The translations under genes and the position numbers were made by a program. Under the pieces are notes generated by a model that was not told the DNA's origin, did no database searches, and worked only from the letters and a program-made list of their open reading frames with translations. DNA of 64,000 nucleotides. Source: Amoebophrya sp. A120 (taxonomy: Eukaryota > Protista > Dinoflagellata). Positions 24,159-37,056 of this stretch are shown piece after piece. How positions within the stretch are numbered: the first letter of the stretch is position 1; each line of letters begins with the position of its first letter. Location of the stretch: the NCBI GenBank assembly GCA_905178155.1, contig CAJINV010000006.1, positions 3,968,130 to 4,032,129 of the forward strand, in the 5' to 3' direction.

Positions 24159-27100
24159 TCAAATCGGTTCCTCAATGGGATTGTCTGTGGACGCGGTGGA
24201 GCTAGAAGTTGTACTCAGCTGTGTTTGTAACGCTGTAGTTGTAGAAGAAGTTAGAGATGTACTAACCGGCGCCATAGTCACAGCAGCAGTTTCGGATGCT
24301 TGTTCACCGTCAAGCTTATCATCACCACCACCAACTCCGGGCGGCAGCAGTCCCTTTTTCTTCAGATTCCCAATTTCATCTTGCAGTAACTCCTTTTCCA
24401 ACTCTTTCGCTACCACCTTCTCCAGTTTCGCCCGTTCTTCCTCCTCAATTTTCGCGGTTTCTTCCTCCAACTTCGCTTTCTCATATTCCTCCTTTTTCTT
24501 CTCCCCATAGTCCGCCACTAACGCTTTCTCCAGCTCTTGCTCACTGCTCGCCGCAGCCAGCAATTCCACCTCCCGCATTTGCTCCAACTCTTCCCTGATG
24601 GATTGCAAAAGTGTCTGGGTCTGGAAGAGTGCCAGGTTTGTCATGCAGATTTTGCATGACCCATGAGGTCTGTGATGCATGCCCTAGCATCAGAGATCTT
24701 GCGAGGGCTTTCTGATGCTCATACCGCATGAGAAATGCCCTCTCCGCGTAGCACAAACTGGACTCCTTTTGCTGGTCATGCAATACGGACTTTTTTGGAA
24801 TCCAAAGACAGCATGACAAGTTCAACACTCTTCCAGACCCAGACATTTTTACAGTTGATATCTCTCGTGATTCTGGGTGCCATGAAGTGTTTCGTCTTGT
24901 CGTACGCATATCCTGTGCAAAAGTATCGTACTCGTAGTAATCGCAAACATGCATTACAAATCTTGCTCTTAAGGTAAACCTGCATTACAAATTTTATTTC
25001 TCATGCTGAGGAAATTTGTGATGCAATTCATACTAGTACGATGCTTTTGCAGTTCATAACGCAGGGTGGGTTACCATATCCTTGTGATATTACAATGAAA
25101 AATGCCCCCACCCCCAAAGTTGGAATAACTTGTGATGCATAAGGTTTTCAAATGAAGAACTTTTTATCTATGCGTGAAAGGAGTATGAACCTTTCTGCTG
25201 CAAAATCTAGGCGTATATCGCATTGCTTGCATGACAAGCGCCGCTCTTGCTGCGATCTTGCGCAATACAAACTTTTTCTATTCACGATTGGAAATCTGTG
25301 ATGCTGATACACGCAAGAGGGCGAATGTTTCATTTGCAACGGTTTGCAATACAAATGCTCCCAAGTTCGGGGTTGGGGGCATTTTTCATTGCAATATGTG
25401 AAGAATCTTCTTCCTCATATTGGTCTTCGGGTCGTGCACGATTTTCGTGCCGAGAAAGAAATGCTATCCTGTGCAAAACTATCGCAATCGTACTATTGCA
25501 GTCATGCATCACAAATCTTTTTCTTAAGGTCAATCCGCATTACAGATTTTATTTCTCATGCTGAGGAAATTTGTAATGCATTTACACGAGTACGATGCTT
25601 TTGCAGTTCATAAGTGCAACGGATGGTCAATGTGCAGCTGCTCTTGCAGTAAGTGCGTCAGATGCGCAATCACAATCCCCCCGGAGAACCCAACCCCGAT
25701 GCAAATCACGATCAGGATGAGAGCCGTTTCCCGCCGGTGTTTTTGCTTTTGATTCTCAGTCACTACTTTACTGTGGCGATAATTATTGTTGTTTTGGTAA
25801 ACCATGTGGCTTTGCATCTGCTGTTGCCGCTGCTGGTTCATGTTGTTTTCTTGTTGATGAAAATTGTGTTCATATTGCGGCGTGGCAGAGCCTGAGGATG
25901 TTCTTGATGACCCGAAGAAGTCCGCCGCCAAATACTGAAATCCGGGCACGAAACTAAGAACGGTGTAGAGAAATTGGTCTAGTTTTGCGTTCAAATGGCG
26001 GATTTTCGAGTGATGCGGGTGTTTAGTCGTAGTTCCATTGTACGCTGATGTTGAAAGCGGGCGCCCGTAAGAATCGTATTTAGGTGGCCGTTCCCTTTGT
26101 GTAGAAGTTGTTCCACCTTCTGGAAAATTATATCCACCACTATGGAACGGCACGCCCTCGCTCGACAAGTGCTTATTAATCTTGGTAGGAGCCGCGGGGG
26201 TTCTTCCGTCGGTCACATAATTCGGGTGATGTTCGTTCTGATTCTTGTTCATCCCGTAGTTTGGGTAAAAATCAGTGATTTGCTGCTGTCTCCCCGGTGG
26301 TTTCGGGCGCAGTAATCTTTCCAGATCCCGTACCCCCTCTCGCGTCCCAAACCCCGCGGGGAGCATCTTTTTCAGGATCAGACTCGCGTTCGTGGTCGAG
26401 GAGGACCTGGTGCTTGAACGACTGCTGGTTAAACTAAAAGACCCGTCGTCCGTTGTTGGATCTAAGCCCAGGTAGTCGCTGTAGAGATTCTCGTAATGCT
26501 GTTCGTCGTTTCGGTGGATCCCTTCCGCTAAATGCATGTCAATCACGACGGAATCAATGCTGTGGTCGGCGTCTTCCTCCTCAACCGTCCAGCCGTAGTG
26601 CTCCACCTGCTGCTCCTCCTGGTTGTAAAACGGAAGTTGTTGCAGGGAGTCGTAACTGTTGTGCATAACAGAGGATGATCCGTCATGACTATTGCCGTAG
26701 TTGTTCATCGTCGACGAGGAGCCTGCTGAGAGTAGCTCATTCCTTTCCGGCGAGTCATGCTCTTCCTCTTTCCCCATCCAGTCAGACGGAAGAAACCGGA
26801 GGCCAACACCAGCAAGATGAAGAGGCGTTCTTTGTTCTTCTGGGTTTTGGGTGCTAGACTGCAAATGCTGCAAAGTAGAACCACCTCGCGTAGTAGTAGT
26901 CTTATTGTTCAACATCGGCGCAAGACCATTCGTCTTCACATTCCCGAATTGCAACGCAAATGGGTCGTGCAAATCGTTCGGCAACGGCGCCGGTTTCTCG
27001 CTGAATTTTATCCGCAAGTTGCTCCTTTGCGCAGCTTCCCGTTTTTTCCTTTCGATCTCCTCCGACACCTTGAGTTTTTGTAAATACTCGTGCTCGTGAG

Positions 27101-27623
27101 CCGAGGAGGGGAAGTGTTTTCCGTGGAGAGGGTCTACAGGTAGTTGACCGTCGGATGAACAAATTGGGGTTCTGGGCTCCGATCTCCGAAGCCATTGCGT
27201 CCAGTGCCGGGCGGCGGATTTCACTCTTTCGAAACTGCTGAAAGTTGTAGTTGCACTGCTCGCTGTGGCAAGTCCTACGTCATGTGAAGAGGATAGATTG
27301 CTGCTCCTGGTCGCCGCGGATGGGTGGTTTAGAAGTCCTGCTGGAAGAACTCCTCCTACCGGGGTGCTATTGGCCGTGGAAATTTCTGAGGCTCGTGCAG
27401 AAGTAGCGAGGGGCGAGTTTATTTTTTCAATGCTGTTGCTGAAACTGAATGAGTTATTTCTTGAGTAGGAAATAAAATCGGCCGATGTTCCGTAAGTGTT
27501 CGTGCCTGATAGTGCCGCATTGTCAAACTCGTTTTCGTCGCCAGAGGAGTCCACGATTTCCGAGAAATCTCGCTCAGAGGCGAAAAGACCACCTCCCTCT
27601 GCACCGGTACCGGAGCCTGACAT
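24159..27623 (-). CDS. Hypothetical low-complexity protein with one TM segment and a C-terminal coiled coil
   Basis: 2-kb open first exon (ORF 25608-27623) with TM segment ALILIVICIGVGFSGGIVIA, four introners, and an E/K-rich last exon. Confidence 0.7.
24597..24860. mobile_element. Introner family D
   Basis: Family TIR; TSD TCCCT/TCTCT. Confidence 0.92.
24909..25058. mobile_element. Introner family B
   Basis: Family TIR; TSD ACGCA. Confidence 0.95.
25088..25396. mobile_element. Introner family E (inverted relative to 4151-4455)
   Basis: Family TIR; TSD TGTGA. Confidence 0.95.
25465..25612. mobile_element. Introner family B
   Basis: Family TIR; TSD AATGC/AGTGC. Confidence 0.93.
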
Positions 27624-28504
27624 GGTTTTACCTTCAGCTAAGAGTAAGATCTAGCCCAGTAATGCGACCACATTTGTTCATGGGCCTTTTACTCGCACGC
27701 CCGCTCATGTTGGCGCGCACGAAGAGGAACAATAAGAATTATTCAAGCAACCGGTGTGGATTTTTTCTATTTCAAACAAAAGGGGGTACTACGGTGCTTA
27801 CTCTTAGATGTTTACATACTCCGCAGATGTCTAGCGTTAGGTGCTGGTGAATAAACTTTTGAAAGTGATGATGAACTAGGGGAAGTTAATACCTAAAACA
27901 GAACCCTGGACATCAAGTTCAAGTGTGAGGAGAAGATCAAGATCATAGAAGCGCAACCGGCGTGCACCAAAAAGAATCACTGTCCCACAAAATAAAAATA
28001 AGAGGAACAAATCACGATGTTGTGGTCTAGCACACGAGGCAGAGATACTAGCAAGGACGAACATTTTTCAACATGTTGAACGAAAAAACAGACCGGAAAC
28101 CGAAACGATATCTGCATCACTAAGACCGACAAGTTGCACTGCGGAATAGCTGCCGAATATTAAATGCTGAACGAGTATGTACGAGAGGACCACACGCAGG
28201 TGGAAGTATAGAACGAAGCCGAGTTTATAAACGACGTACGAAGGAACCTGGAGAGACCGAACGACATCAACTTTGATGTTCGGAAAAAACGACAGCACCG
28301 AAAATCATATTCGACGAAACTTATCATGCTGCCTCTGGAGAAGCGGTCCAATTTGCAAGAAGCGACAATACGTCTACAAGTAGAGGACCTTGGCGTTGCA
28401 AAGCAACTCCGTTGCTGCATCCTTTGCAATATGCAGTTCCGGTTTTAAGTACATTTGGAACTGAAAGGCTTTTTTATTTTTGTCTACGCCTCCTAGTCTG
28501 AGGG

Positions 28505-31500
28505 TCATAGAAACGGACAAAACACGTCTATCCTCTCTTTCCTCAATACATCCACGCCAAAAACGGTTCGAAAATCATTATCCCCCTGCTCCTTCCTGTC
28601 AAAAACCTGCAATTTTTCCTCGAAATCAGGGAAATTTGATATCACCCCATTCACATGCCGTTCCTCGAGACTTCCAAACCAGCCCTGCACCTTCACCAAC
28701 GCGACGTAATAGGTGGATACTAGGATCTCCTTCATATGGAACTGTCAGGATCGAAATCGTCAAAGTTGAAATGATTTTTTTGTCATGCATAAAATGGATA
28801 CCAGTTGGCGGCCAGCTTTCAAGTGGCGCATGACAAATTTAGGAAGAGCCTAAATCCAGTTTGTCATGCTGTTTGGGTAAGCAAGACGCCCCCTGTCATG
28901 CTACTTTAGCATCTCTTTTTTTACCCCTTAACAGGCTTACAATCTGCCTCACTTGCCTACTCTGCAAGACAATCGCTTTGTGGGTTGCATTTTATGCATC
29001 ACAAACTATTTCAACTTTGACGATTTCAATCCTGACACTTCCATACCTCAACTTATTATTGTACTGGTTGCTGCTCGGTTTGATGTTATTGTTACTTCCC
29101 GCTGTGCTGTCCGGCTTTATTCGGTTTTTTATCTCCCCACCCAGCTGTTGCATTTTTCTCCAAACCGGTTTCACGTTCAATTCCCACTCTTGCTTATGCA
29201 TTGCAAATATGTCTGGGTCTGGAAACTTGTAATGCAAGGAAGGGAATAGGAAGCGCCCTATAATGCGCTGACAAGCAAGACAAGTTTTTTTCATGCTTCT
29301 GAGTCGCGTAATATTCCGTATGAGAAACTGCGTTTTTGCATGACAGGGAGGAGGAGCTCTTCGGGGCCATGCAATACAGAGTTCAGATTCATGCCAGACC
29401 AGCACGACAAATCTCGCAATCTCGCAGACCCAGACATCTTTGCATTTGATACTGCTCGATCTCCGTTTTGTGCGCTTTCCGGAAACGGTCAATGTCCGCC
29501 TGGCCGTATTCTATTCTCGAATACATTTCTGACAACTCCTTTCCATCAGCAGTGGTCCCCGAGGTGAAAACAGCTGTTTCCCCCGTTTTCGACTTAGTCA
29601 GATTCAGATCGCTCCGAACGGAAACATTGGTTTCCAAGGAGCTGCTTTCGATCTTGATGCTTTCAACAAAACTATGGTCCTGGATGCCGGGAGTAGAAAT
29701 AGCCTGTGGTCCTGCAGTTGCTGTCCCTGCTCCTGCTGTGTGCGGACTTTGATGTTCGTCACCCGTCTTCACCAATACCCGTGACAAATACCCCTGCATC
29801 ACCCTTGGGCAGATATTTTCGACGATTCTACTGAGAGGAAAAATCCCCCGTCCCCATATCGACGCGGTATGCTTCCGAAAATTTGTGCTGCTGATTTGAG
29901 CCCACAAATCACGTCTGTCTTGCAAGAAGGCAACTCCACAAGCTCCGCAGCATTTTGCAGGCGGTTTGTGATGCTGATGGGCCTACAGCACGGACGTTTC
30001 TCATGCTAGACGCCTAGGCCAAAACCTCTCTAGTTAGGCTTAGTATGGGCCTGCATTCCTCTCCAGCAAGACAAATCTGATTTGTGTACGCAAATCCTGC
30101 GTCAGAAACTTCGTTTTGATATGGGGAGGGGGGATTTTTCCTTTTGATAGATCCGAAACTTTATCTTTTCCACGATTTTCGCGAAGCCAAACGACATCTT
30201 TTCAAACGCGGAATCGTCAATGTCGTCAAAGTAGCGGATATCCAAGAAAAAAAATTGTTAGTGTAGCTTTTTTTGGGGGAACAGCATTGCAAATCTGTCT
30301 GGAATGAGAGCAAAAACCTGTCATGCGCAGATGGTACGTGAAAACGCGCTTGAATGGCCCTCGCAATGCATGCCCAGCATGACAGCCGCAAAGAGTGTGC
30401 ATCTTGTGCATCACAAAGTCACACTAACAACCGTTTTTTCTTCGATAGAGAAGAAATTGCTGGGAAAACCAGTTGGACACCAAATTCCGCAACATCTTGT
30501 TCCACTCGTGGATCAACGCGTCTCCCTCGTGGTAAGCATCGGAAAGGATCACGGTTTTTTGGTGAAAAGAGGCGCAGGAACGGATGTCGAGGGGGTTGTT
30601 GCTGTCTTTGATGTCAATGTTGTTGTTGTCATCATGCTGCGGTTTACTATTTTCAATCAGGGGACGAGACGAAGATGGTATCGCTTCTTCAATTTTTTCT
30701 GCGATGCAATTTCCCTCCGCTTCGGCAGCTTGCTTCCTAGTCTCCAGCTTCGTCAAATTTTGCACTTTTTCGATCAGGTCAATGCTGTCGGAGTAGTATG
30801 GAAGGGAAATAAAGAAGGGCTGAACAACTCTGATGTCGTATGGTTGGAGTATTACCGTTTGCAAAACAATTACTATTTAAACAGCAGCAAACCAGAGTTT
30901 TTGAAGCTTTGGGGTGTGTTCTGGGGTATGCAAAGTGGCCGCGTAGCATCGTGATTCGTAATTTGCAGGGCACACCCCGAACACACCCCAAACACACCCC
31001 AGACACACCCCAGACACACACCCCCGACACACCCCGGCAAGAGCTTTTGGGCCTTAGGTCAACGCGTGGACTCGGCCCCCGCGTCATGACCTCCTAAAGA
31101 AGGGCTGAACAACTCATGTAAGGGAAATAAAGAAGGGCTGAACAACGGTGATGTCGCATGCAAATCTTGTATTACCCTTTGCAAAACAATTCGTCATGCT
31201 GCACACTTTTCCCTCTATTCTCATCTATTTCGTTTTCGATGTATTTGCAAAATTAATAATCGCATGCCAGCAAGAGTAACCCTTTGAGCTGAAAGGGCAT
31301 GATCCACCAAATGACCGTTATGAGCAGCCCCACCTTGAACCATATCCCCAACAGTGCGGTAGGTGTTCCCTTGGTAATAAAAGATCTTGTTCTCCTCGAA
31401 CCAATACGGTCCGGCTTGCACACTGTTTCGATACCGCCAATTCCAATTGTTGAAGCGTATCTGCTGTCGCAAGCAGTCCTCATCCCCCTGCCAGCCGCAG

Positions 31501-34500
31501 GATATAACCCGCTCAGGTGTTACAATACTCAAAGCGGTTACAATAGAATATGGAAATCTGTGATGCAAGAGTGCATGATCTAGCCAACTCTCATAGGATT
31601 GCGCATGACAGGTTCCGGAGCCCCAAACAGCACTACAATCTGGCGAAATTTGTATTGCAAAAGGTGGAACGCTGTGCGAGTCTGGCAGGCTCATCATGCA
31701 ACACAAATTCCACATCCTATTGTAACGTTTGAGATGGTAACCGATTTGAGCAAGTCATACAGGAAACCCGGAGATTCTCCATGTAGTGCTGCCACTTCGT
31801 ATCGGTTATGAACTGCAAAAGTATCGTACTAGTAGTAATTGCAATACAAATTAGCTCAGCATTACAAATGGAATTTGTCGTGCTGTTTTGCCTTGGGGTG
31901 AAGATTTGTAATGCATGACTGCGATTACTACGAGTACGATACAACTTTTGCACAGGATATCGGTTTTCAGCTGCTCGTCTTGAATCGAGTCAATGTGCAT
32001 CGATTTGTCAATCTGCTCCTTCGCAGTGGCAGAGTTGAGAAGCATCTGGTGAACCACGGTGGGGCTGATGTTGCCAGTAGGTGTTGCATATCAAATGTAA
32101 AAATGTCTGGGTCTGGAAGATTGGAACTTGTGATGCTAACTTTGGACTCTAGAAAAATCTGTAATGCATGACCAGCAAGAGGAGTCTAGTTTGTGCTACG
32201 CGGGGAGGGCGTTTGTCATGCGGAGTAGGCATCAAGAAGTCCTCGCAAAATCTGTGATGCGCGATCGTGCATTACAGACATCCTGGGTCATGCAAAACAT
32301 GCATGACAAATCTCAGAATCTTCCATACCCAGACATTTTTACATTTGATATTGCGGAGTTGAGAAGCATCTGGTGAACCACGGTGGGGTTGATGCTGCCA
32401 GTAGGGTATGACACGCCCAACGTACCCAGAGGCCTAAATCCCATGGGGGATAAAAAAAAAATTTTTAGATAGTGCAGTAGAGCATTAGAAGTTGCATGCT
32501 TAAGTGAGCTGCTTTTCAATGTGCTGACCAATTCAGATAGCCAAGTAGGGCGCTTTTGAATGTTTGAAGGGGCCCACAGGGACATCTCTTTGGCCATGGA
32601 TTCGCCTGCGAATTCATGGGCCGAGGGAAGTTGATGCCTGGAGGCGACGCGTGTTATGCAAAGCATCGCCAGGCTGGGTGAGCTATTGCTTTTGCATGGG
32701 GATGATATTTGTCTGCAAGACCGATGGGGCGAGGCCTCCGAAACTCTGCAGCTGATGGGGATCGCTGCAGGGGGATCTCCTGTAGAGGGAGCATTTTTAA
32801 AAATTGCAAGGCGTCTACTTTGTCAAAAGAGAATCGTAGCAAATCGAATCCGTGGACCAGGAGAGTCCACTCCTGGGCTCCTTTCACCATGCCAAAGCGC
32901 CTTTTTTAGCTAGCTATCTAAATGAGTACCTAGCTCAAAAAGATCAAGCAGTTACATTAGAAATAGCGATCTACTTTGAAGTTAAATTTTTTTTCTTGAT
33001 CCCCCCTGGGTAAAAGGCCTTTGGGTACGTTGGGCGTGTCATATAGGGGTTGCAGTTCTCTCGGAGTTGAGAAGCATCTGGTGAACCACGGTGGGGCTGA
33101 TGCTGCCACTAGGTGCTGCAGTCGTTATTGCAGCCTCTGTTTCATCTCCTGCTGCAGTTTTGATTCCGGGAGGACTGTGGTCTCTGTGTCTGTCACTGTC
33201 TGCCCTGAACTTTAGCAAATTTGCCTGTTGTGATTTCCGTTGTTGCGCACGGAAGACGATTTCCCTGTTGTGCTTCTCGTTTTCTGCGCAGAGATGAACT
33301 TGATGCTGTTTTTTCATCTGCAGGAGGGATTGTGCATCATGTGCTGCGGGGGCATCAGAAACAGCTGAAGTAGTTGCACTTTTTGCCGGTTCCGTTGTAG
33401 ATGATGAAAACAGTTGTGTAATAGTACTCAGTGGGCTGCACCCGGCCATGAACACCTTTTCCATTTTTGGGTTGATCTGGTTCATGTCAAAGGCGAAAAG
33501 CGAGGCGTTGGTATTCTGAGAAAAACGGTCCCCACGAGGACCCCAGAGTTTGTAATGCAAATCTGCACGCCAAAAAAAGTTTTTCATGCGGAAAAACCCG
33601 TGAGAAGCATTTTCTAGTCGTGCTGTTTTGGAATTTGTGATGCTATACGATCGGCGTCACGCGCTACATCTGTGATGCTGCTGAACTAGCGCTGCGAGGT
33701 GGTCACGCTTGTCATGCGAAACAACCAAAGCTTGGTGATTTGTCTAGCAGATTTCCCATCTTGACTCTGGTGTCCTCGTGGGGACGTACTTAGGATAGTT
33801 GGTCAAGTGACACGCGACTTGGAAGAAGGTTTTTAAATATCAAAAGGAAAAATCCCCCCTCCCCATATCGAAACGAAATTTCTGATGCTGGATTTGCGTG
33901 CGCAAATCAGTCTGTCTTGCTGGAGAGGACTGCAGGCATATACCAAGCCTGGGTCGAGAGGTTTTGACGTAGGGGACTAGCATGACAGACGTCGGCCCTG
34001 TAAGCCCAACAGCATCACAACCCGCCGGCATAATGCGGCGGACTCTAAGGCTTTGCCTTCTTGCAAGACAGACAGGATTTGTGACCTCAAATCTGCATCA
34101 CAAATTTTCAGACGAATGCGTTTTCAATATGGAGAGGGGGGATTTTTCCTCTCAATATTAAAACACTGGCCCCAATTTCGATGTAGGCAGTGGCAGTGTT
34201 TCTTGTCCTCATCTCGGGGTAGTAGTTGCTTTCGCCGATTGTCGTGTCGCTGGACGAGGTCGTGGACCCTGGCACTTTTGTTCTTGACGGAGCTCCTGCA
34301 AGCGGTGGTCCTTTCACCAAGTAGATCAGCAGGTCCGTAAACGTCGCCGGTCTCGACGGTCGTGTTCGGCCCGGTTCGTGGGCTCCTGCGGAAGATGGAG
34401 ATGAAATACGATCGGTTTCCACTACCGTCCGATTCCGAGCGTACGGGTGAAAGTGCCCGACTAGTTTCTGCATGTCTGTCGGCTTCAAACCGTACCGGTC

Positions 34501-35285
34501 CGTATCCTGTGCAAAAGTATCGTGCTCGTAGTAATCGCAGTCATGCATTACAAATCTCCATCCCCAGGTAAAACAGCATGACAAATTCCGTTTGTCATGC
34601 TGAGCTAATTTGTATTGCAAGTACTACTAGTAAACGATGCTTTTGCAGTTCATAGTCCGGTGCTCTCACAGATTCGTACCAGTTGATCCAACGAGGGGAC
34701 TGTGGCAATTTCTGGATCTCTGCATCGGACTTCTGCATGACAGAATTCATATGGAAGCGTCAGGAACAGGATTGAAATCGTCAAAGTTGAAATAAGTAAC
34801 TTGTAATGCATAAAATCAACACCAGTAGGAAGCCCAATTCCCAAGCATTGCATGACAAATTTTCAGAGCACCGGTGGAATCCAATTTGTTATGCTGTTTG
34901 GGCACAGGCGACTGCTTTTGTCATGCTACTTCATCTTTAGCAGCTGTATTTCAAACCATAACAGGCTGACAGTCGGCCTCGCTTGCCATCCCAGCAAGAC
35001 AGGCACTTCATGCCTTGCATTTTATGCATGAGAAATCATTTCAACTCTGACGATTTCAAACCTGACGCTTCCATAATTCAGCAGCTGTGCGTAGAGGTTG
35101 TTGCTGTATAGCTCGTCCCGGGAAGTAGTTGATGGGCTTGTTTGCTCAATCCTCTCTGCCGCCACCTGCGAACAAGAAGTACAACTCCTGTCATGCACGA
35201 GGGCGAGAAGCACCAGCAAGCGCTGCGGTCGTGCTAAAATAGTACTACCCCCAGCACCACGGTGCGGCACCGGCCGAAGCCGCAT
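28505..35285 (-). CDS. Large multi-exon hypothetical protein, possible signal peptide
   Basis: Exons separated by ~12 introners join in frame in most places checked; no recognised domain; could be two genes. Confidence 0.55.
28735..29045. mobile_element. Introner family G
   Basis: Family TIR; TSD CTTCA/CCTCA. Confidence 0.94.
29195..29451. mobile_element. Introner family D
   Basis: Family TIR; TSD TTGCT/CTGCT. Confidence 0.93.
29829..30149. mobile_element. Introner family F
   Basis: Family TIR; TSD GATTC/GATCC. Confidence 0.92.
30239..30447. mobile_element. Introner, J-like (diverged)
   Basis: TATCCAAGAAAAAAATTGTTAGTGT...ACACTAACAACCGTTTTTTCTTCGATA; TSD diverged. Confidence 0.82.
30970..31037. 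repeat. 11-bp minisatellite (ACACACCCCAG-like)
   Basis: About six consecutive ACACCCC units. Confidence 0.85.
31503..31759. mobile_element. Introner family K
   Basis: Family TIR; TSD CAGGA. Confidence 0.92.
31807..31959. mobile_element. Introner family B
   Basis: Family TIR; TSD TCGGT. Confidence 0.94.
32089..32350. mobile_element. Introner family D
   Basis: Family TIR; TSD TTGCA/TTGCG. Confidence 0.94.
32407..33043. mobile_element. Long singleton TIR element (family L), 637 bp
   Basis: TIR TATGACACGCCCAACGTACCCA.AGGCCT extending imperfectly ~55 bp; TSD TAGGG. Confidence 0.95.
33512..33797. mobile_element. Introner family A (diverged)
   Basis: Family TIR; TSD GTTGG. Confidence 0.88.
33838..34157. 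mobile_element. Introner family F
   Basis: Family TIR; TSD TTAAA. Confidence 0.94.
34503..34654. mobile_element. Introner family B
   Basis: Family TIR; TSD GTCCG. Confidence 0.95.
34750..35075. mobile_element. Introner family G
   Basis: Family TIR; TSD ATTCA. Confidence 0.94.
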
Positions 35286-36348
35286 TTTGGTCGTGTTTTG
35301 TTGAAACAACTGAAAGCTTCAGAATCAGAATCAGAAAGGTCTCGAAAACTGCGCGCTCCACCATCGAGCACACCAAAATCGTGGTGAGAGCCCGACGGTC
35401 TGGTCGCGAAACATCATGGCAACATCAGCAACCAACCAACAAACAAACAACAGTGGGAAAAAATAGCGATAGCGATGGCCCAACCTACCTACTTCCAGAG
35501 AGAAAGCCTTACCTACATACAGTAGTCGTAATTGCGATAGCAAAAGATGAAGAGCGTACCTAAATACAGATGAAAATAAACAACAACAGCAACCTACAGA
35601 CAAATGGAAAAGACGAATACTGCTCCTGATTGAAAATTGAAAACAAATGGAAATAGCGAAGAAATCGGCTAGAAGATAGTTGGCAGTAAAAGCTAGCAGC
35701 GCGCGCCTCACATAGCAACTAGATCCAGATTCACATACGAAAAGGAAAAACCGACCTCTCAGAGCGTAGCGGCTCGCTTTAAAGTTACAATTGCTTGATC
35801 TGCTCTGATGATCGCGAGTAAAACCTTGTGCAGCAATGATCTCAACATCAAGAACAACTACGCATGGTTTCTTTATTTCCATCCTGTATTGAAAGACGAC
35901 TCCGTGCGTTGGTTGCCGCACTTGTGTTTTTAGAGGTGTGAAATAATCCCGCAACTTCATTTGACGTCAAAGTCCTCTTCAGGCGAGGCCTGGAAAATTT
36001 CCTGTTTCGCAAAGAAATGAAAAACGGTTTTCAATAAACAATGCTACAGCTGCAGAAGGGGGTGTAAAGTTATATGATCTTCGTGTTTCTTGAATTCAGG
36101 AATCGGTACTACGTCGAAAATTCGGGTCGGCAATTCTACTCAAATGTGGTCGGGTCAACTTCAATTACTGTGATGGAAGAGACTACTACAATATGTTTAT
36201 CTATGTAAAAAGGAAACAAAAGAAATAAATTTGAAAATTATAAAAAGAACTGAAAAAGCGAACGGTTCAAACATGGTCCCCTTGTCTACGACATGCGACG
36301 TTGGTCAATATCCATCCTCCTCCGCTTCGCGGGATTTCGTGCACCTCC

Positions 36349-37056
36349 TCACTCGTCGCCATAATACATCCCGTTGTCCCCAATTTCGGCCACACCGGCG
36401 TCCTTCAAAACAGCGTCTTGCTGAAAAGCATGAGAAACAACCGCCGGGTGTTCTACTGCGGCGCTTCTTTCAACCACCGGCGAAGAAAGTTGTTCAGCAT
36501 GATTTTGATGTTCTGCGGGGGACTCAACATGGAGGTGGGCAGGAGCGTTCTCCACATCCACACTTGATGTTTCATGATGTGCTGCAGTGTTTGCCTCTTC
36601 GGATGTGCCAGCAAATTTGGAGAGAAACGAAGAAACCCACGAGACGAGGTTAGAAGTTGTACTTGCACCGTCATGAAGATCCTCTTCGTCATCCTCCTCA
36701 TCTCCCGCTGGAGGTGGTAAATCGTCCCTACGTTGCAGAAATTTCCGCTCCCAGACGACCTTCTTTTTCTTCTTTTTCACGACCCGTTTCTTGTTCTTTT
36801 GCGAGACAGGTGGATGAGGCTGGTCAAACTCGTCGGGCTCATCATCGTTCTCTGCATCGTGGTCATGGTCTGCAATACCACCTGTAGTCTCCGGCTCGTC
36901 CGGCGGCGGAATGTCGTCCCTTCGTTGGAGGAATTTCCGCTCCCAGGCACGGACGGCGACAGTGTTGTAGTGCAGCAGCAGCCCAGCCGTAGTGCAGAAA
37001 ACGCCGTTGCGGAGGGGAAGAGATTTCATATTGCGAGGTGGAGGGCGGGGTGCCAT
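36349..37056 (-). CDS. Intronless putative secreted acidic protein with duplicated WERKFLQRRDD motif
   Basis: 235-aa ORF with hydrophobic leader (GVFCTTAGLLLHYNTVAVRA) and an internal repeat. Confidence 0.65.
   Translation of the reverse strand: MAPRPPPRNMKSLPLRNGVFCTTAGLLLHYNTVAVRAWERKFLQRRDDIPPPDEPETTGGIADHDHDAENDDEPDEFDQPHPPVSQKNKKRVVKKKKKKVVWERKFLQRRDDLPPPAGDEEDDEEDLHDGASTTSNLVSWVSSFLSKFAGTSEEANTAAHHETSSVDVENAPAHLHVESPAEHQNHAEQLSSPVVERSAAVEHPAVVSHAFQQDAVLKDAGVAEIGDNGMYYGDE

Noticed and set aside
35331-35960. 209-aa hydrophobic ORF
   Set aside because: T-rich sequence typical of the upstream regions here; no domain and no introns.
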